Position numbers and translations under genes: made by a program | Part shown: in pieces, positions 10,164-21,307 of the stretch | How positions within the stretch are numbered: the first letter of the stretch is position 1 | Layout: every line of letters starts with the position of its first letter | The notes under the pieces: model-generated | What the model saw: the letters and a program-made list of their open reading frames with translations, nothing else | Databases searched by the model: none | Told to the model about the DNA's origin: nothing | Virus record (IMG/VR): IMGVR_UViG_3300050336_000030 | Direction: 5' to 3' (one strand) | Source: a virus | Taxonomy: Duplodnaviria; Caudoviricetes | DNA: 64,000 bases

Positions 10164-10466
10164 ATGGAGCGATTAACTGATAAAGATGGTCTAAAGGCTT
10201 GTTACTGTAATGGTAAATATTTTGATAAATTAAATGGTCAAACAGAATGTAAACATGAATGTCAACCAATACATGATGCTTTAATAAAATTGCAGCAATT
10301 TGAAGATTTAGAAGAAAAGAATTTAATTGGATGTGCCAATGGTGAGTTAGAAAGAGATTGTAGAAATTGTGATAACATGAGTAGTTGTATAGAACTATTT
10401 GGGTTTTATATCGATGCTAAGAAATGTAGCAGATTTAAATATATAAATAAAACAGAATCAATGTGA
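10164..10466 (+). CDS. hypothetical phage protein (MERLT family)
   Basis: MERLT...KL..FEDLEE. Confidence 0.65.
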   Translation: MERLTDKDGLKACYCNGKYFDKLNGQTECKHECQPIHDALIKLQQFEDLEEKNLIGCANGELERDCRNCDNMSSCIELFGFYIDAKKCSRFKYINKTESM

Positions 10467-10527
10467 TATTTGATTGTGAGTTTAATGTTCCCGACATTGA
10501 TGTCGGAAAGATAGAAGGGAGAATTAA

Positions 10528-10779
10528 GTGGGACAGTATAGCGAAAAGGTAAATAATACGCCAAAACAAAAGAAAATTAAAAAGAAGTTAGAAGAATTAG
10601 GACATACAAATGTAGAAGTTTGGTGGGAAAAATTGCAACCTGCTTGTGAAATGTGTGGTATGGGCGGTGGATATATTTTTTGTTCAGATCAAGAACAAGT
10701 GTATCCTCTTGGATATTCTCTCGAAGATGCCTTATATTCTATTGAAAATTATAAATGGTTAGATGTAAGAGATAAATAA
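10528..10779 (+). CDS. hypothetical protein
   Basis: ORF ending at site 10776. Confidence 0.6.
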   Translation: MGQYSEKVNNTPKQKKIKKKLEELGHTNVEVWWEKLQPACEMCGMGGGYIFCSDQEQVYPLGYSLEDALYSIENYKWLDVRDK

Positions 10780-10839
10780 ATCAGGTGTTTTATTCACATT
10801 ATAAATAAGAACTATATTAAACAATAAAAAGGAGGATAA

Positions 10840-11544
10840 ATGTTAGAAGTAAATAAAATATATAATATGGACTGTTTGGAAGGATTAAAACAGTTGGATG
10901 ATAATAGTGTAGACTTGATTATTACGTCACCTCCATACAATTTGGGAAAACAACACCATACAGGCAATAATAGATTTAAAAGTTATAATGACTATGATGA
11001 TAATATGCCAGAAGAATTATACCAACAATGGCAAGTAGAAGTTTTAGACGAATGTTTTAGAGTTTTAAAACAAGATGGTTCAATGTGGTATAACCATAAA
11101 AATAGAATTAGAGATGGAATTCAAATTACGCCTTACGAATGGATATTAAAATCAAAATTTGCTCACTTAGTAAAACAAGAAGTGGTTTGGTTTAATCGTA
11201 GTCAGAATTTTGATAAGATTCGGTTTTATCCAATGACAGAAAGAGTATATTGGCTGGCTAAAGATGATAAAACTAAAATGTTTAATGCTATTGGTCATCA
11301 TGACGTATTTGATGCAAAGGATTGGAAACCAGAAGGAACTAAGAGTAAATTTAAACGTGCTTATCCTGAGAAGATGGTTGAAGATATAATTAGCTGTTTT
11401 GAAAATGCAAATATAATTCTCGATCCTTATAGCGGTAGTGGAACTACGTGTGCTGTAGCTAAGAGAATGGGTAAACAATACATAGGTCTTGAATTGAGTA
11501 AGGAATATTGTGATATGTCAAATGAAAGAATTTTGATAGCATAA
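10840..11544 (+). CDS. N4-cytosine/N6-adenine DNA methyltransferase (beta class)
   Basis: DLIITSPPY and ILDPYSGSGTT motifs. Confidence 0.9.
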   Translation: MLEVNKIYNMDCLEGLKQLDDNSVDLIITSPPYNLGKQHHTGNNRFKSYNDYDDNMPEELYQQWQVEVLDECFRVLKQDGSMWYNHKNRIRDGIQITPYEWILKSKFAHLVKQEVVWFNRSQNFDKIRFYPMTERVYWLAKDDKTKMFNAIGHHDVFDAKDWKPEGTKSKFKRAYPEKMVEDIISCFENANIILDPYSGSGTTCAVAKRMGKQYIGLELSKEYCDMSNERILIA

Positions 11545-11613
11545 TTACATATAAAATATAGATTGAAATACACATAAAATCAAAGTTTGGTTTGCACTTC
11601 GGGAGGTGATGAA

Positions 11614-12271
11614 TTGGCAAAGAGGAAAGAAACGTTAGAACTAGAAGAGGCATTAACTAAAAACACCAGAGAAAAACGTATTTATGGTTGTGAAGAAATC
11701 ACAATTGGATTTTACAATAATGGACATGGCAATGAGATAGTAGATTTTATGACTATGGATTTTAAAGGAGTAATTAAATGCTATGAACTAAAAGTCACTT
11801 TACAGGATTTAAAGTCTAAAGCAAGGAAATCGTGGTATGGTCATTATAATTACCTTGTAGTTACTAGAGATTTATATGATTCAATAGATGATTGGAATAC
11901 ATACATACCAAAATATGTTGGAATTATAGTAGGTAACAATTTATCGATCGTAAAGAAACCAATAAGACAAGAAATTGGGATTGACACCGAAATGATGTTA
12001 AAAGAAAGTATGATACGTAGCATCTATTGGAAGATAGATAAATATAAAAATGCGAATAACTTAGATAAACAAAAAAGAATTAAATTCTAAGATTCGTAAA
12101 GCAGAAAAAGATAGAGATGAATATTATAAGAGGGCTATTAGTGCTGAGAATATTATTAGCGAATACGAAACATACAAGTCTTATAATGACGGATTAGATG
12201 ATTTTGATTTAAAAGTTGCAGCAAAAGAAGAATATGAAAAATATAAAGTGAAACGCAATAATTCAAGATAG
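11614..12271 (+). pseudogene. MmcB-like PD-(D/E)XK nuclease with a +1 frameshift near 12071-12076
   Basis: E...VDFM...CYELKVTLQD.KS motif; frame stops at 12090, but removing one A from CAAAAAAG opens it to TAG 12269-12271, which coincides with a cassette site. Confidence 0.6.
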
Positions 12272-12329
12272 AATTGCCGTTTCATTTACAAAGAATAAAT
12301 AAAACAAATATAAAAGGAGATTAAAAAGT

Positions 12330-12980
12330 ATGAAAGGTTTAAATGATTATACAAATGAAGAATTATCAATGTTAACAGATTCTGAGATTGAAAATTTAAT
12401 TGACGTAGAGTGTATGAAAGCCGGAGTTCCTTTATCTATTACACCAAAGCCTACACTAAAAGAAGTACCTGAAATTAAAGATCCTACAACTGAAATTTTT
12501 CAGGTAGATAATTATTATTTTACTGATAGCAAAGAAGCTAATCAATTAGCTACAATGTTATCTTCGATTACATCAAGAGTAACACTTGATTATAATTATA
12601 ATTCTGGTAGTAGTAATTACAAGTACTATAAGAAATACGAAACTCCTACAGACATTAAAAAGACTAAATGCTATTCAAGAGAAGAATATAATGATTTAAC
12701 AGATATTTTAAAGGCAAGAAAAGACATTGAAGATTATAATAGAAATATTACAAAAGAATATGAAGATGCTGTGTCGGAAAGAAGATATATTGTTGATTCT
12801 GTATGGGATGCTATTAGTGAAGCTCAGTATGAAATGAGAAAAATCAATGAAGCTCTTGATATTTTTAAGAAATATGTTGAATTGTCAGATGGAGACGAAG
12901 AAATCGCGAAGAAGTTCTTTAGTCAAAATGAAAAGGTTTCAGAATATATGGATGATATATTAAAGAGGTATAGTAAATAA
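12330..12980 (+). CDS. hypothetical protein
   Basis: 216-aa ORF with RBS, ending at site 12977. Confidence 0.75.
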   Translation: MKGLNDYTNEELSMLTDSEIENLIDVECMKAGVPLSITPKPTLKEVPEIKDPTTEIFQVDNYYFTDSKEANQLATMLSSITSRVTLDYNYNSGSSNYKYYKKYETPTDIKKTKCYSREEYNDLTDILKARKDIEDYNRNITKEYEDAVSERRYIVDSVWDAISEAQYEMRKINEALDIFKKYVELSDGDEEIAKKFFSQNEKVSEYMDDILKRYSK

Positions 12981-13013
12981 AATCGTCGAATTTATGAAGA
13001 AAGGAGAAATATT

Positions 13014-13379
13014 ATGAATGAGCAAGAATTAGAAGATGAAGTATTTAAATATTATGATACTCCGTTTATAAATAAGTGTAAAGATTTGTTACGGGAAATA
13101 TCGGTTACTTTAAAGAATTTTGGATTTGTTGATAAATATTTTGAATATAAAGAAGATAAGATTACTAAAGAAGAGTTAGAAAATTACTTTTATGATACAC
13201 TAATTAAATTAGATGAATATAGAAGACATGATTTAAATGAATTGTCTAAAATGTTATCATCTTCAAATTGTGGATGGTATGAATATAAGATTGGTGAAAT
13301 AATACATAATCAGTTAATAAAAATTTGGTTTTTAGATGAATTTAAAGATAGTAATATGAAACAAATGCTTGACAAGTAA
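13014..13379 (+). CDS. hypothetical protein
   Basis: ORF with AGAAAGGAG RBS. Confidence 0.65.
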   Translation: MNEQELEDEVFKYYDTPFINKCKDLLREISVTLKNFGFVDKYFEYKEDKITKEELENYFYDTLIKLDEYRRHDLNELSKMLSSSNCGWYEYKIGEIIHNQLIKIWFLDEFKDSNMKQMLDK

Positions 13380-13425
13380 ATTCAAATGATGTATTATAAT
13401 ATTGTAAGTAATAGTTATATGAAAC
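13346..13425 (+). promoter_or_regulatory. promoter upstream of the replication operon, bracketed by operators
   Basis: Operator, then TTGACA(13369)-17-TATTAT, then operator. Confidence 0.75.
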
Positions 13426-13629
13426 AGTAAAATGAAAGGTGGTGAGTACAATGAGTATGGAGCAACTTGACTGGCTGGATAGAAGAGGAGTCAACAATCC
13501 TGGCGAATATAAGTTAGTACGCCAAACAAAAACGCATGTTTATTTAAGACATCGACAATATGGATATGTAATTGAAAGAAAAAAAGATATGCCAAATTGG
13601 GTATTTTAAGTAGAAAGGAGAAAATTACA

Positions 13630-13983
13630 ATGAAGATTTATTCATCAGATGGAAAAGAATTTGGAAAAGATAATATGACTATGGAAGAATTGGCGGATGC
13701 TTTTAAAAAATGTAGTACATATGAGGAAGAATTAAATAGTAAAAAAGCTAAAGCTGAAGCTGAAAAGAAAGAGAGGGAACAAAAGAAAAAGATTTTATAT
13801 GAGCAGATTAAATCAGAGATGGATAAAATTAATAAATTGCTAGATGAATATAAAAAATCTGATGGCAGACCTCTTTGGGTTGGATGTGATAATGGAAAAA
13901 TTTATGTAGATGAATATATTTCTTGTTCAAGTCTAAATTATGATTGGGTGAAAAATTTTAGAGAAGCATTAGAAAGTTTATAA
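13630..13983 (+). CDS. coiled-coil hypothetical protein
   Basis: ORF with RBS. Confidence 0.65.
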   Translation: MKIYSSDGKEFGKDNMTMEELADAFKKCSTYEEELNSKKAKAEAEKKEREQKKKILYEQIKSEMDKINKLLDEYKKSDGRPLWVGCDNGKIYVDEYISCSSLNYDWVKNFREALESL

Positions 13984-14062
13984 ATCAAGTTTTTTATTTA
14001 GAAATTATAGTAATAGTAATGTGAAACATAAAAATAATACATATTAAAGGAGAATAAAGAAT

Positions 14063-15310
14063 ATGGGTTTAACATTTGAAATGGTAGGAAAAATAAGTTT
14101 AGGAAAGGATACAGAAAAATTCCATCCTTATGAAGAAAAAACTTATGAAAAGTCTGGATGGTCAAACAAAACTATAAGATTCAATGTGACTAGTGGAGAC
14201 AATAGACATCTTTTGCAAGTTAAAGCTGGTGCATTTGCTGATGGTCATGGGGATGTTTATTCTTATACAAAAGGATATACTAACGAAAGTGGAACAAAGG
14301 TTAAAGGTGAATCCATTAAAATACCCTTTAAAGATAGATTGACATCAAAAAGATTGCCTGAGATTGCAGAATTTAAAAAGTTTGTATTTGATTTGGAGAA
14401 ACCTAATAGAAGATACAAACTTGAAAAAGCTGCGGAAAAAGTTAAAGAAGGAACTAGTTTAACAGATGAAGAATTGAAAGATTTGGAAATTGAATCAGAA
14501 GATAATTTAATTACTGCTATTGAAAAAAGCAAAAAGAAACGTCATGAATTTATTTCCGAATGGGATTTTGTTGAATTTATAAAAAAAGTAATTGATAGTG
14601 GAAAGTATTCTAATAATAAGTTTTTTATTAAAGGAAACGGAGATTATTCTTATTCTGAAGATAAACAAAAGATTTATGAAAATTATATTCCAAATAGAAT
14701 TTATCTTGCTTCCGATGATGCCGAAGAATATTCTCATGCAACTTTTACCATTTTATTCAATCAAGATTCTTTTGATGAAATGTCTTTGGAAGAAAAAAAT
14801 AAATATTATGTCAATGGTTGGATGATGGAATATGATCAAAATAGAAAATCAAATATTCCAGTTCCCGTAACCGTCGTTATTAATAATGTTGATGAAACAG
14901 ATAAAGATGCTGTAAAGAAATTAAATGCAACAAAGAGAAAATTTGTAGTTGAAGATGAAAAACTTTATGAGTATGGATGTGTAGTTAATATGCTCAATGG
15001 AGCACAAAAAACAGAAATTACAGATGATATGCTGACAGACGAACAAAGGGAAGATTTGGAATGTGGTCTTATTACAATGGATGATATTAGAGCAGAATTA
15101 GGAGGTTCTGTTTATGGTGATAGAATACAAGAATATCAGTTTTTAAAAGTTGCAAAAGGATGGAGTAAAGGAAGAAATGCAACAGTGTTTACTACTGACG
15201 ATATGAGAATTAAGCCAATTGAAAGTAATGTGGATTCTGGCGAAGAAATTGAAAATCTATTTGAAGAAGATAGTATTGATGAAGACGCGTCCGATGATGA
15301 TGATTTATAA
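14063..15310 (+). CDS. putative ssDNA-binding protein (SPbeta YorF-like)
   Basis: First gene of the replication operon; beta-rich, with an acidic C-terminal tail. Confidence 0.55.
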   Translation: MGLTFEMVGKISLGKDTEKFHPYEEKTYEKSGWSNKTIRFNVTSGDNRHLLQVKAGAFADGHGDVYSYTKGYTNESGTKVKGESIKIPFKDRLTSKRLPEIAEFKKFVFDLEKPNRRYKLEKAAEKVKEGTSLTDEELKDLEIESEDNLITAIEKSKKKRHEFISEWDFVEFIKKVIDSGKYSNNKFFIKGNGDYSYSEDKQKIYENYIPNRIYLASDDAEEYSHATFTILFNQDSFDEMSLEEKNKYYVNGWMMEYDQNRKSNIPVPVTVVINNVDETDKDAVKKLNATKRKFVVEDEKLYEYGCVVNMLNGAQKTEITDDMLTDEQREDLECGLITMDDIRAELGGSVYGDRIQEYQFLKVAKGWSKGRNATVFTTDDMRIKPIESNVDSGEEIENLFEEDSIDEDASDDDDL

Positions 15311-15386
15311 AATTTAGTTGAGCGAAAGCTATTTCAAATAGATAATTAATTTTTAGTTGTTAAACAAAAAGGAGGATTATTGTATT

Positions 15387-16544
15387 ATGGCTAATTATGG
15401 TAAGAAAAATAAAGTAAAAGATGGACTTGAAAACTATTCAGTAGCTCTTTTTGGTGAAAGTGGAATTGGTAAAACTACACTGATGTATGAAGTTTGCGAG
15501 AAATTATTCGGTTCAGATGGATATATGATATTCAATGCAGGTAAAGAACAGGGTATTGATTGTTTGGAAGATGCATCATATGAAGATATTGAAAATTTCA
15601 AAAAATTTGACGCTGTTGTTTCTGATATTATAAAAAATAAAAAATCTGATTATCCAGATTTAAAAGTAGTTGTATTAGATACTCTAGATCAAATCATTGA
15701 AATTGTTGAACCTGAAATAGTAAGACGTTATAATTCTGAAAACCTAGGAGTAAAAGATTTTAAACCAGCAAAAACAATCAATGGAGCTTATGGCGGTTTT
15801 CAAAATGGTCAAGATGAATGTATTAAATTAATCTTGAATAAAATATGGGATTTACAAAGTGTTGGAGTGCGAGTTTGGTACACTGGACACGTTAAGACAA
15901 AAGAGTCAATTGATCCTTATACAAACATGTCGTTTACATCTTTGTCAACAAATATTTCTAACAAGTATTTAAATGGATTTAAGACAAAAATTCATGCATT
16001 AGGAATTGCTTGTATTGACAGAACAATTGAAACAGAAGATACAGGAAGAGAAAACATTGTTACCCACAAGAAAATTACAGTAAATAAAGTAAAAGCGGAG
16101 AAAAGGAAAATAGTCTTTAGAGACGATAATTATTCAGTCGATAGTAAGTCAAGACTTGCTGATATTGTAGACGAAATATCTATGGATTCTGATGCATTTA
16201 TTAAGGCAATTGAAAATGCTATTGAATCAGCAAAAAATAAAAAAGTAGTAAGTAAATCAAATACGTCTAAAAAGAAGTCAAATAAAACTTATGATGAAGA
16301 ATTAAGTGATGATAAAGAGAATTTAGATGATATTGAAAATACTAATGATATTGATGACGTATTACTTGATTCAGAGAACAGTAATTATCCAGAAGATTTA
16401 GTTGAAGAAACAAGAGCACTATTTCAAAAATGCAAAGACAATGTGCTAAAAACTGAAGTAAGAGAAACAGTTAAATCGTTTGGTAAATTTACCGACGTTC
16501 CAGAAAATGAACTAAAATCATTATACGACAAATTGTCTAAGTAA
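15387..16544 (+). CDS. AAA-family ATPase (Sak4/YorG-like recombination protein)
   Basis: GESGIGKTT Walker A; VVVLDTLD Walker B; TGH. Confidence 0.8.
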   Translation: MANYGKKNKVKDGLENYSVALFGESGIGKTTLMYEVCEKLFGSDGYMIFNAGKEQGIDCLEDASYEDIENFKKFDAVVSDIIKNKKSDYPDLKVVVLDTLDQIIEIVEPEIVRRYNSENLGVKDFKPAKTINGAYGGFQNGQDECIKLILNKIWDLQSVGVRVWYTGHVKTKESIDPYTNMSFTSLSTNISNKYLNGFKTKIHALGIACIDRTIETEDTGRENIVTHKKITVNKVKAEKRKIVFRDDNYSVDSKSRLADIVDEISMDSDAFIKAIENAIESAKNKKVVSKSNTSKKKSNKTYDEELSDDKENLDDIENTNDIDDVLLDSENSNYPEDLVEETRALFQKCKDNVLKTEVRETVKSFGKFTDVPENELKSLYDKLSK

Positions 16545-16589
16545 TACATATTAACTACTAAAGGGTTCAATCCCCTTTAGTAGTATTAG

Positions 16590-17075
16590 GTGGTGATAAT
16601 AATATTAGTAAAATGTAAATCATGTGGAAATAAAATAGAAAAAGATAAAGCATATAAGGTTACTGTGTCAGGCAAAAACTCTTATTATTGTAATAAACAG
16701 GAATATGAAACAATAGTTAAAAATAGAGAATTAAAAAATAATACATATGAAATAATTTATCAAATATTTCAACGTGAAGTAACAAATACAGCTTTATTTA
16801 AAGAAATTAATTCCCTCGTTGAAGTTTATGGATATGAAAAAATTTATTTGTATCTGATAGATAATAAGGAATATTTAATAAGTGTTTTACAAAAGTCTTT
16901 CCAAAATGAATATTCAAAAATTCGATATTTCTCAGCTATTTTAAGAAATTCGTTAAGTGATTATTCGATACCCGAAAAAAAAGAAGAAAAAGTAATTGAA
17001 ATTGAGTTTGTAAATATGGATAAGCAAACAATCAGGAAAAGAAGAATATTAGCAGATATGGAGGATGATTTATAA
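16590..17075 (+). CDS. Zn-finger replication protein (YorH-like)
   Basis: VKCKSCG...YYCN; located before the helicase. Confidence 0.6.
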   Translation: MVIIILVKCKSCGNKIEKDKAYKVTVSGKNSYYCNKQEYETIVKNRELKNNTYEIIYQIFQREVTNTALFKEINSLVEVYGYEKIYLYLIDNKEYLISVLQKSFQNEYSKIRYFSAILRNSLSDYSIPEKKEEKVIEIEFVNMDKQTIRKRRILADMEDDL

Positions 17076-17076
17076 T

Positions 17077-18627
17077 ATGAAAGTATTTTTAACAGGTGTT
17101 GAAGAAAAATACCATCCTCAACTATTAAAAGGTAGACTTGAAATTGAAGGTAATGTAATTAGCTGTTTTATGAAAGATATGCTTTTACTTGATGAAACAA
17201 AATTAGAAAGCGAAAGTTTTTTAACATTAGATGGTTTATTTTATTTTTCTCTTTTAAAGAATTTGAGAAAAAAAGGTTTTTATTCTTTAGATGAAATTAC
17301 AATATTAAGTAATTCACCAGAAGATGTTATCGAACGATTTGAATCGTGTGGTGGATGGGAAACAATTCAACACCAAATAGATATTATTAATGAAAAGAAT
17401 TTTGATACATATCTTGATATTTTATATCGTGAAAATATATTGATTCACATGCATGATGATGGATTCAACTTATTGAAAGAAATAAAAATCAATAATAAAA
17501 AAGTCTCTCCTTTAAAACTTTTGAGAAAATTAACAGCAGAAGAGGTAGTGGATTGGTACTCTGCTAGAATAGAAACATATGATTGTGGACAGTCCAGTAG
17601 TATTTTAGAAGAAGAAGAAATTGATTTTGATGACAAATTCATTGAATCATGTTCAGATGGTGAAGAAAATGGTATTGATTTTGGTAAAGCCGGAGATGAT
17701 ATAAATTTAGAAGAAATAAATTGTTTCCCATTCTTGTCGAGTCAAATTAATGGCTTATTGCCAGGAACATTTACAATGATGGGTGGATTTTCATCAACAG
17801 GTAAGTCTACATGGTGGATAACTGTAATCGCAGCACTATTATATAGAGAAAGAAAAGTTTTAATAATTACAAATGAAGAAAACGTAAAGAAATTTAAGAT
17901 GAAAATTCTTGTTTGGATACTTGGAAAATACTGTAGATATTATAAGTTAACAAAGAAAAAACTCATGAGTGGCAACATTACAGATGAGGATAGAGAATAT
18001 ATAGCAATTGCAAAAAAATATTGGCAAGAAAATTACAAGGGTAATTTAAAAGTTATTTCAACAAACACATCAAATTTATCAATATACAAGAAAAAGATAA
18101 GAGAAAATGTATTAAGATATGGCTATGATACGGTTTTAATCGACACATTCAAACTTCAAGAAAATGATTTTAAAGGTCAGAGGCAAGACTTAGCCCTAGT
18201 AAGAGATAGTAGAGAACTTGATAAGATTGCAAAAAAATATAATTTAATTATGCTTGGTTCTGTTCAATTATTGGAAAGTATGAAAGGCAAATTGTTTCTC
18301 GATTCATCAGTATTGGTAAATAGCAAACAAATAAAGGAAGTTCTTGAAAATTTATTTTTTATGAGGAATGTATATGAAGAAGAATTAGATCCTAAGAGTA
18401 AGTATTTTTGTAATCCGTTTCAGTTAAAAAAAGTACAGGATAAATGGATTGAAGAAGAATATCATCCAGATAGAAATGCAGTTTGGCGTATGGTGTTTGT
18501 TGAAAAATGTAGGTCTGGAGCAAATTCATCTGATACAGGTATATGTTATATGCTTAAATTTTCTGGTGATTATGCAATATTTAGAGAAACTTGTCAGTGT
18601 AGACCAAAGCATGGAGAAATAAAATAG
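17077..18627 (+). CDS. DnaB-like replicative helicase (YorI-like)
   Basis: GFSSTGKST Walker A, NEE, IDTFK, QL, EKCR motifs. Confidence 0.85.
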   Translation: MKVFLTGVEEKYHPQLLKGRLEIEGNVISCFMKDMLLLDETKLESESFLTLDGLFYFSLLKNLRKKGFYSLDEITILSNSPEDVIERFESCGGWETIQHQIDIINEKNFDTYLDILYRENILIHMHDDGFNLLKEIKINNKKVSPLKLLRKLTAEEVVDWYSARIETYDCGQSSSILEEEEIDFDDKFIESCSDGEENGIDFGKAGDDINLEEINCFPFLSSQINGLLPGTFTMMGGFSSTGKSTWWITVIAALLYRERKVLIITNEENVKKFKMKILVWILGKYCRYYKLTKKKLMSGNITDEDREYIAIAKKYWQENYKGNLKVISTNTSNLSIYKKKIRENVLRYGYDTVLIDTFKLQENDFKGQRQDLALVRDSRELDKIAKKYNLIMLGSVQLLESMKGKLFLDSSVLVNSKQIKEVLENLFFMRNVYEEELDPKSKYFCNPFQLKKVQDKWIEEEYHPDRNAVWRMVFVEKCRSGANSSDTGICYMLKFSGDYAIFRETCQCRPKHGEIK

Positions 18628-18639
18628 AGTAGGTGAAAT

Positions 18640-19653
18640 ATGCTCGAAGATATTAAGAGAGAACTGATTAATAAGCCTGAAAAACTGAAATCTTTATTAG
18701 AATATTATTGTTATGAAAATATAAAAATCAGAGATAAATATATTCAATTTGGTAGAGATGAGTACTCATCACAAAAATCAATAACTATTAAACTTGATGA
18801 TAATCCATATCTTTATGTTAAAGATTGGGCAAGAAATATATCGCAAGATTTAATAAATTATATTATAGAACAACGAAAAGTTGAATTTATAGATGTTATG
18901 AATTCAATTAAAACCATTCTTGGCATAATTGATTATTATAACCACTATGAAGAAAGAGGAATATTTGGTGGAATTTATAACAACATAAGAAAAATTAAAG
19001 AAAACAAATTGAATACATATAATAATAATTTTTTAAATTCATATAACAGAATAGGAAATTTGCGATTTCTTCGGGACAATATTTCACTTGAAACTCAAAA
19101 ATATTTTGAAATTGGATATGATATTGAAACACAAGGAATTACAATTCCAATTCGTAGTCAACTTGGAGAATTAATTGGCGTAAAGATAAGAGTTAATTAT
19201 GATGTAGAAGATGGAGAACAAAAGTATTATTATTTGTTGCCATGCGCAATGAGTAAAACATTGTTTGGCTATTCACAAAATTATAAGTACTTAGTTGGTA
19301 ATACAATATACATATTTGAAAGCGAAAAATCGGTAATGCAATGTTATTCATATGGAATTAGAAATTGTGTTGCATTGGGGAGTGGAAGTATTAGTAATCA
19401 GCAAGTAAAAATGATATTAGAATTAAATCCTAAAAGTGTTATTTTTATGCATGATTATGGATATGAGTTTGAGAATATTATTGCAAATATTAATAAACTG
19501 AAAAGATATTCAAGGTTTAATGATTTTGACATAGGCTATTGGGATTGGAAAATAAGGAAATTTGATAAAAAATATTCTCCATCTGATTTAGGAAAAGATA
19601 TTTTGATAAAAATTATTGAAAATGAAATAAAAATATATAATGGAAAGGAGTAG
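18640..19653 (+). CDS. DNA primase (TOPRIM, YorJ-like)
   Basis: ITIPIR...G..IG...KY...IFESEKSV...ALG...D. Confidence 0.8.
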   Translation: MLEDIKRELINKPEKLKSLLEYYCYENIKIRDKYIQFGRDEYSSQKSITIKLDDNPYLYVKDWARNISQDLINYIIEQRKVEFIDVMNSIKTILGIIDYYNHYEERGIFGGIYNNIRKIKENKLNTYNNNFLNSYNRIGNLRFLRDNISLETQKYFEIGYDIETQGITIPIRSQLGELIGVKIRVNYDVEDGEQKYYYLLPCAMSKTLFGYSQNYKYLVGNTIYIFESEKSVMQCYSYGIRNCVALGSGSISNQQVKMILELNPKSVIFMHDYGYEFENIIANINKLKRYSRFNDFDIGYWDWKIRKFDKKYSPSDLGKDILIKIIENEIKIYNGKE

Positions 19654-19693
19654 GAGTAATAAATAGTTAAGTGTTTATTACTCTTATTATAAA

Positions 19694-21307
19694 ATGCATA
19701 AACATTTTAAGATTTTAAATGATTGTAGAGGATTTAAATCAGAGGATATTTTTGATATTATCTTAAAGCAAAGGGAAATTGATGATATAAACGAATTTCT
19801 ATATCCATCAGAAAACAATTTATTACCTTTGGATTCTCTCTTAAATATTGATAAAGCATATGAGTTAATAATTAAACATATGAATCATAAAAATATTATT
19901 GGTATACTATGGGATACTGATACTGATGGAATTGCATCCGGCACAATTATGACGAGATATTTGAAAAATTTTATAGATAACGATAATATAAAGTGTTTCA
20001 TCAATGAAGGAAAAGCTCACGGATTAATAGATCAAGATATAGATAAATTTATTGGATTGGATTTATTAATAATTGTAGATAGCTTAGACAAAGATATTTC
20101 TCAATATAAAAAATTAACAGAAAGTGGAATAGAAATAATTGTTTTAGACCATCATGTTGTAAATAAGGAAATAACTTATGATGAATATATAACACTTATA
20201 ACTTCTCAAATAAATTATGAAAATCCTCAATTATCCGGTTCAGGGGTTGTATGGAAGTTTTGTAAGTATATAGATGAACAAGAATTAACTGAATATGCTG
20301 ATGATTTAGTTGATTTAGCAGCCTGTGGTTTAATTGGAGATATGATGGATATGTCTGTTATGGAGAATAGATTTATTGTTAATCAAGGACTAAATAATCT
20401 AATTAATCCAGCAATAAAAAAAATATTGAGTGGATATGAGTTTAATTCAACTGCTATCGCGTTCAGTATAGCTCCTTTAATCAATGCCGCTAATAGAATG
20501 TTTGAAAATGAATCCGCTATGAAATTATTTTTAGCAGACGATAATAAAGATGTTTTAAAGTACAAAAAAGAGTTAATTAGTTGTAAAGAAGCACAAAATG
20601 AGGAAGTTGCAAGGATTATGCCTTTAATAATGGAGCAATCTGAAAATCAAACAAATAAGACAATGATTGTAACTCAAATCGAAACACCTTATGGAATTAG
20701 TGGATTAATTGGAAATAAATTATTGGAAATATATAAAAAGCCAATTTTAGTATTAAAAGATTGCAAAAATAAATTTTCTGGATCGATGAGAGCAGTTGGT
20801 ATAGATGATTTTAGAAAAATTTGCAACGAAAGTAAACTGGCAGAAGCCAATGGACATGAATTAGCAAGTGGTATAGAAATTGTTAAAGATAATTTTAATA
20901 AATTTATTGATTATATTGATGCAGAACTATCAGATATAGAATTCACTGAACAAGATACATTAGTAGATATACAAATTAATATTGAAGATATAACAAGAGA
21001 ATTGGTAGAAAAAATTAAATTAATTGATAGAATATCTGGAACTTCATTTAAACCAATTAGATTCTACATAAGTAATATTAAACAATATGAGATAAGTAAT
21101 TTTAGTAATTATAAGCATTTAGTTATTAAGCCACAGGATAATATTTATGTGATTGAATGGAACACAGATAAAAACTTCGAAGAGATGGAGGATCATTCTC
21201 TATGTGAAGATAGAATTTCATGTATTTGTACATTAGATAATGGATTTTTTGGAAGAAATTTTGTATTAAAAGCAATATGCGACGAAATATGGACGGAGGA
21301 TGAATAA
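19694..21307 (+). CDS. recJ: RecJ-like ssDNA exonuclease (DHH family)
   Basis: DTDTDG, LDHH, GDMM, PLINA..R, GSMR, GH..ASG. Confidence 0.88.
   Translation: MHKHFKILNDCRGFKSEDIFDIILKQREIDDINEFLYPSENNLLPLDSLLNIDKAYELIIKHMNHKNIIGILWDTDTDGIASGTIMTRYLKNFIDNDNIKCFINEGKAHGLIDQDIDKFIGLDLLIIVDSLDKDISQYKKLTESGIEIIVLDHHVVNKEITYDEYITLITSQINYENPQLSGSGVVWKFCKYIDEQELTEYADDLVDLAACGLIGDMMDMSVMENRFIVNQGLNNLINPAIKKILSGYEFNSTAIAFSIAPLINAANRMFENESAMKLFLADDNKDVLKYKKELISCKEAQNEEVARIMPLIMEQSENQTNKTMIVTQIETPYGISGLIGNKLLEIYKKPILVLKDCKNKFSGSMRAVGIDDFRKICNESKLAEANGHELASGIEIVKDNFNKFIDYIDAELSDIEFTEQDTLVDIQINIEDITRELVEKIKLIDRISGTSFKPIRFYISNIKQYEISNFSNYKHLVIKPQDNIYVIEWNTDKNFEEMEDHSLCEDRISCICTLDNGFFGRNFVLKAICDEIWTEDE

Larger units (their letters stand above)
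5639..13997 (+). repeat. cassette block 1: 20 dyad sites AYnRA-N8-TYnRT at junctions of small genes
   Basis: Site starts: 5639, 5856, 6053, 6373, 7457, 7660, 8041, 8349, 8601, 8845, 9063, 9543, 9856, 10124, 10457, 10776, 11574, 12268, 12977 (N9), 13980. Confidence 0.75.

Noticed and set aside
12069-12078. Programmed -1 frameshift at A-AAA-AAG
   Set aside because: The frame is CAA-AAA-AGA and restoration needs +1, so this is not canonical -1 slippage
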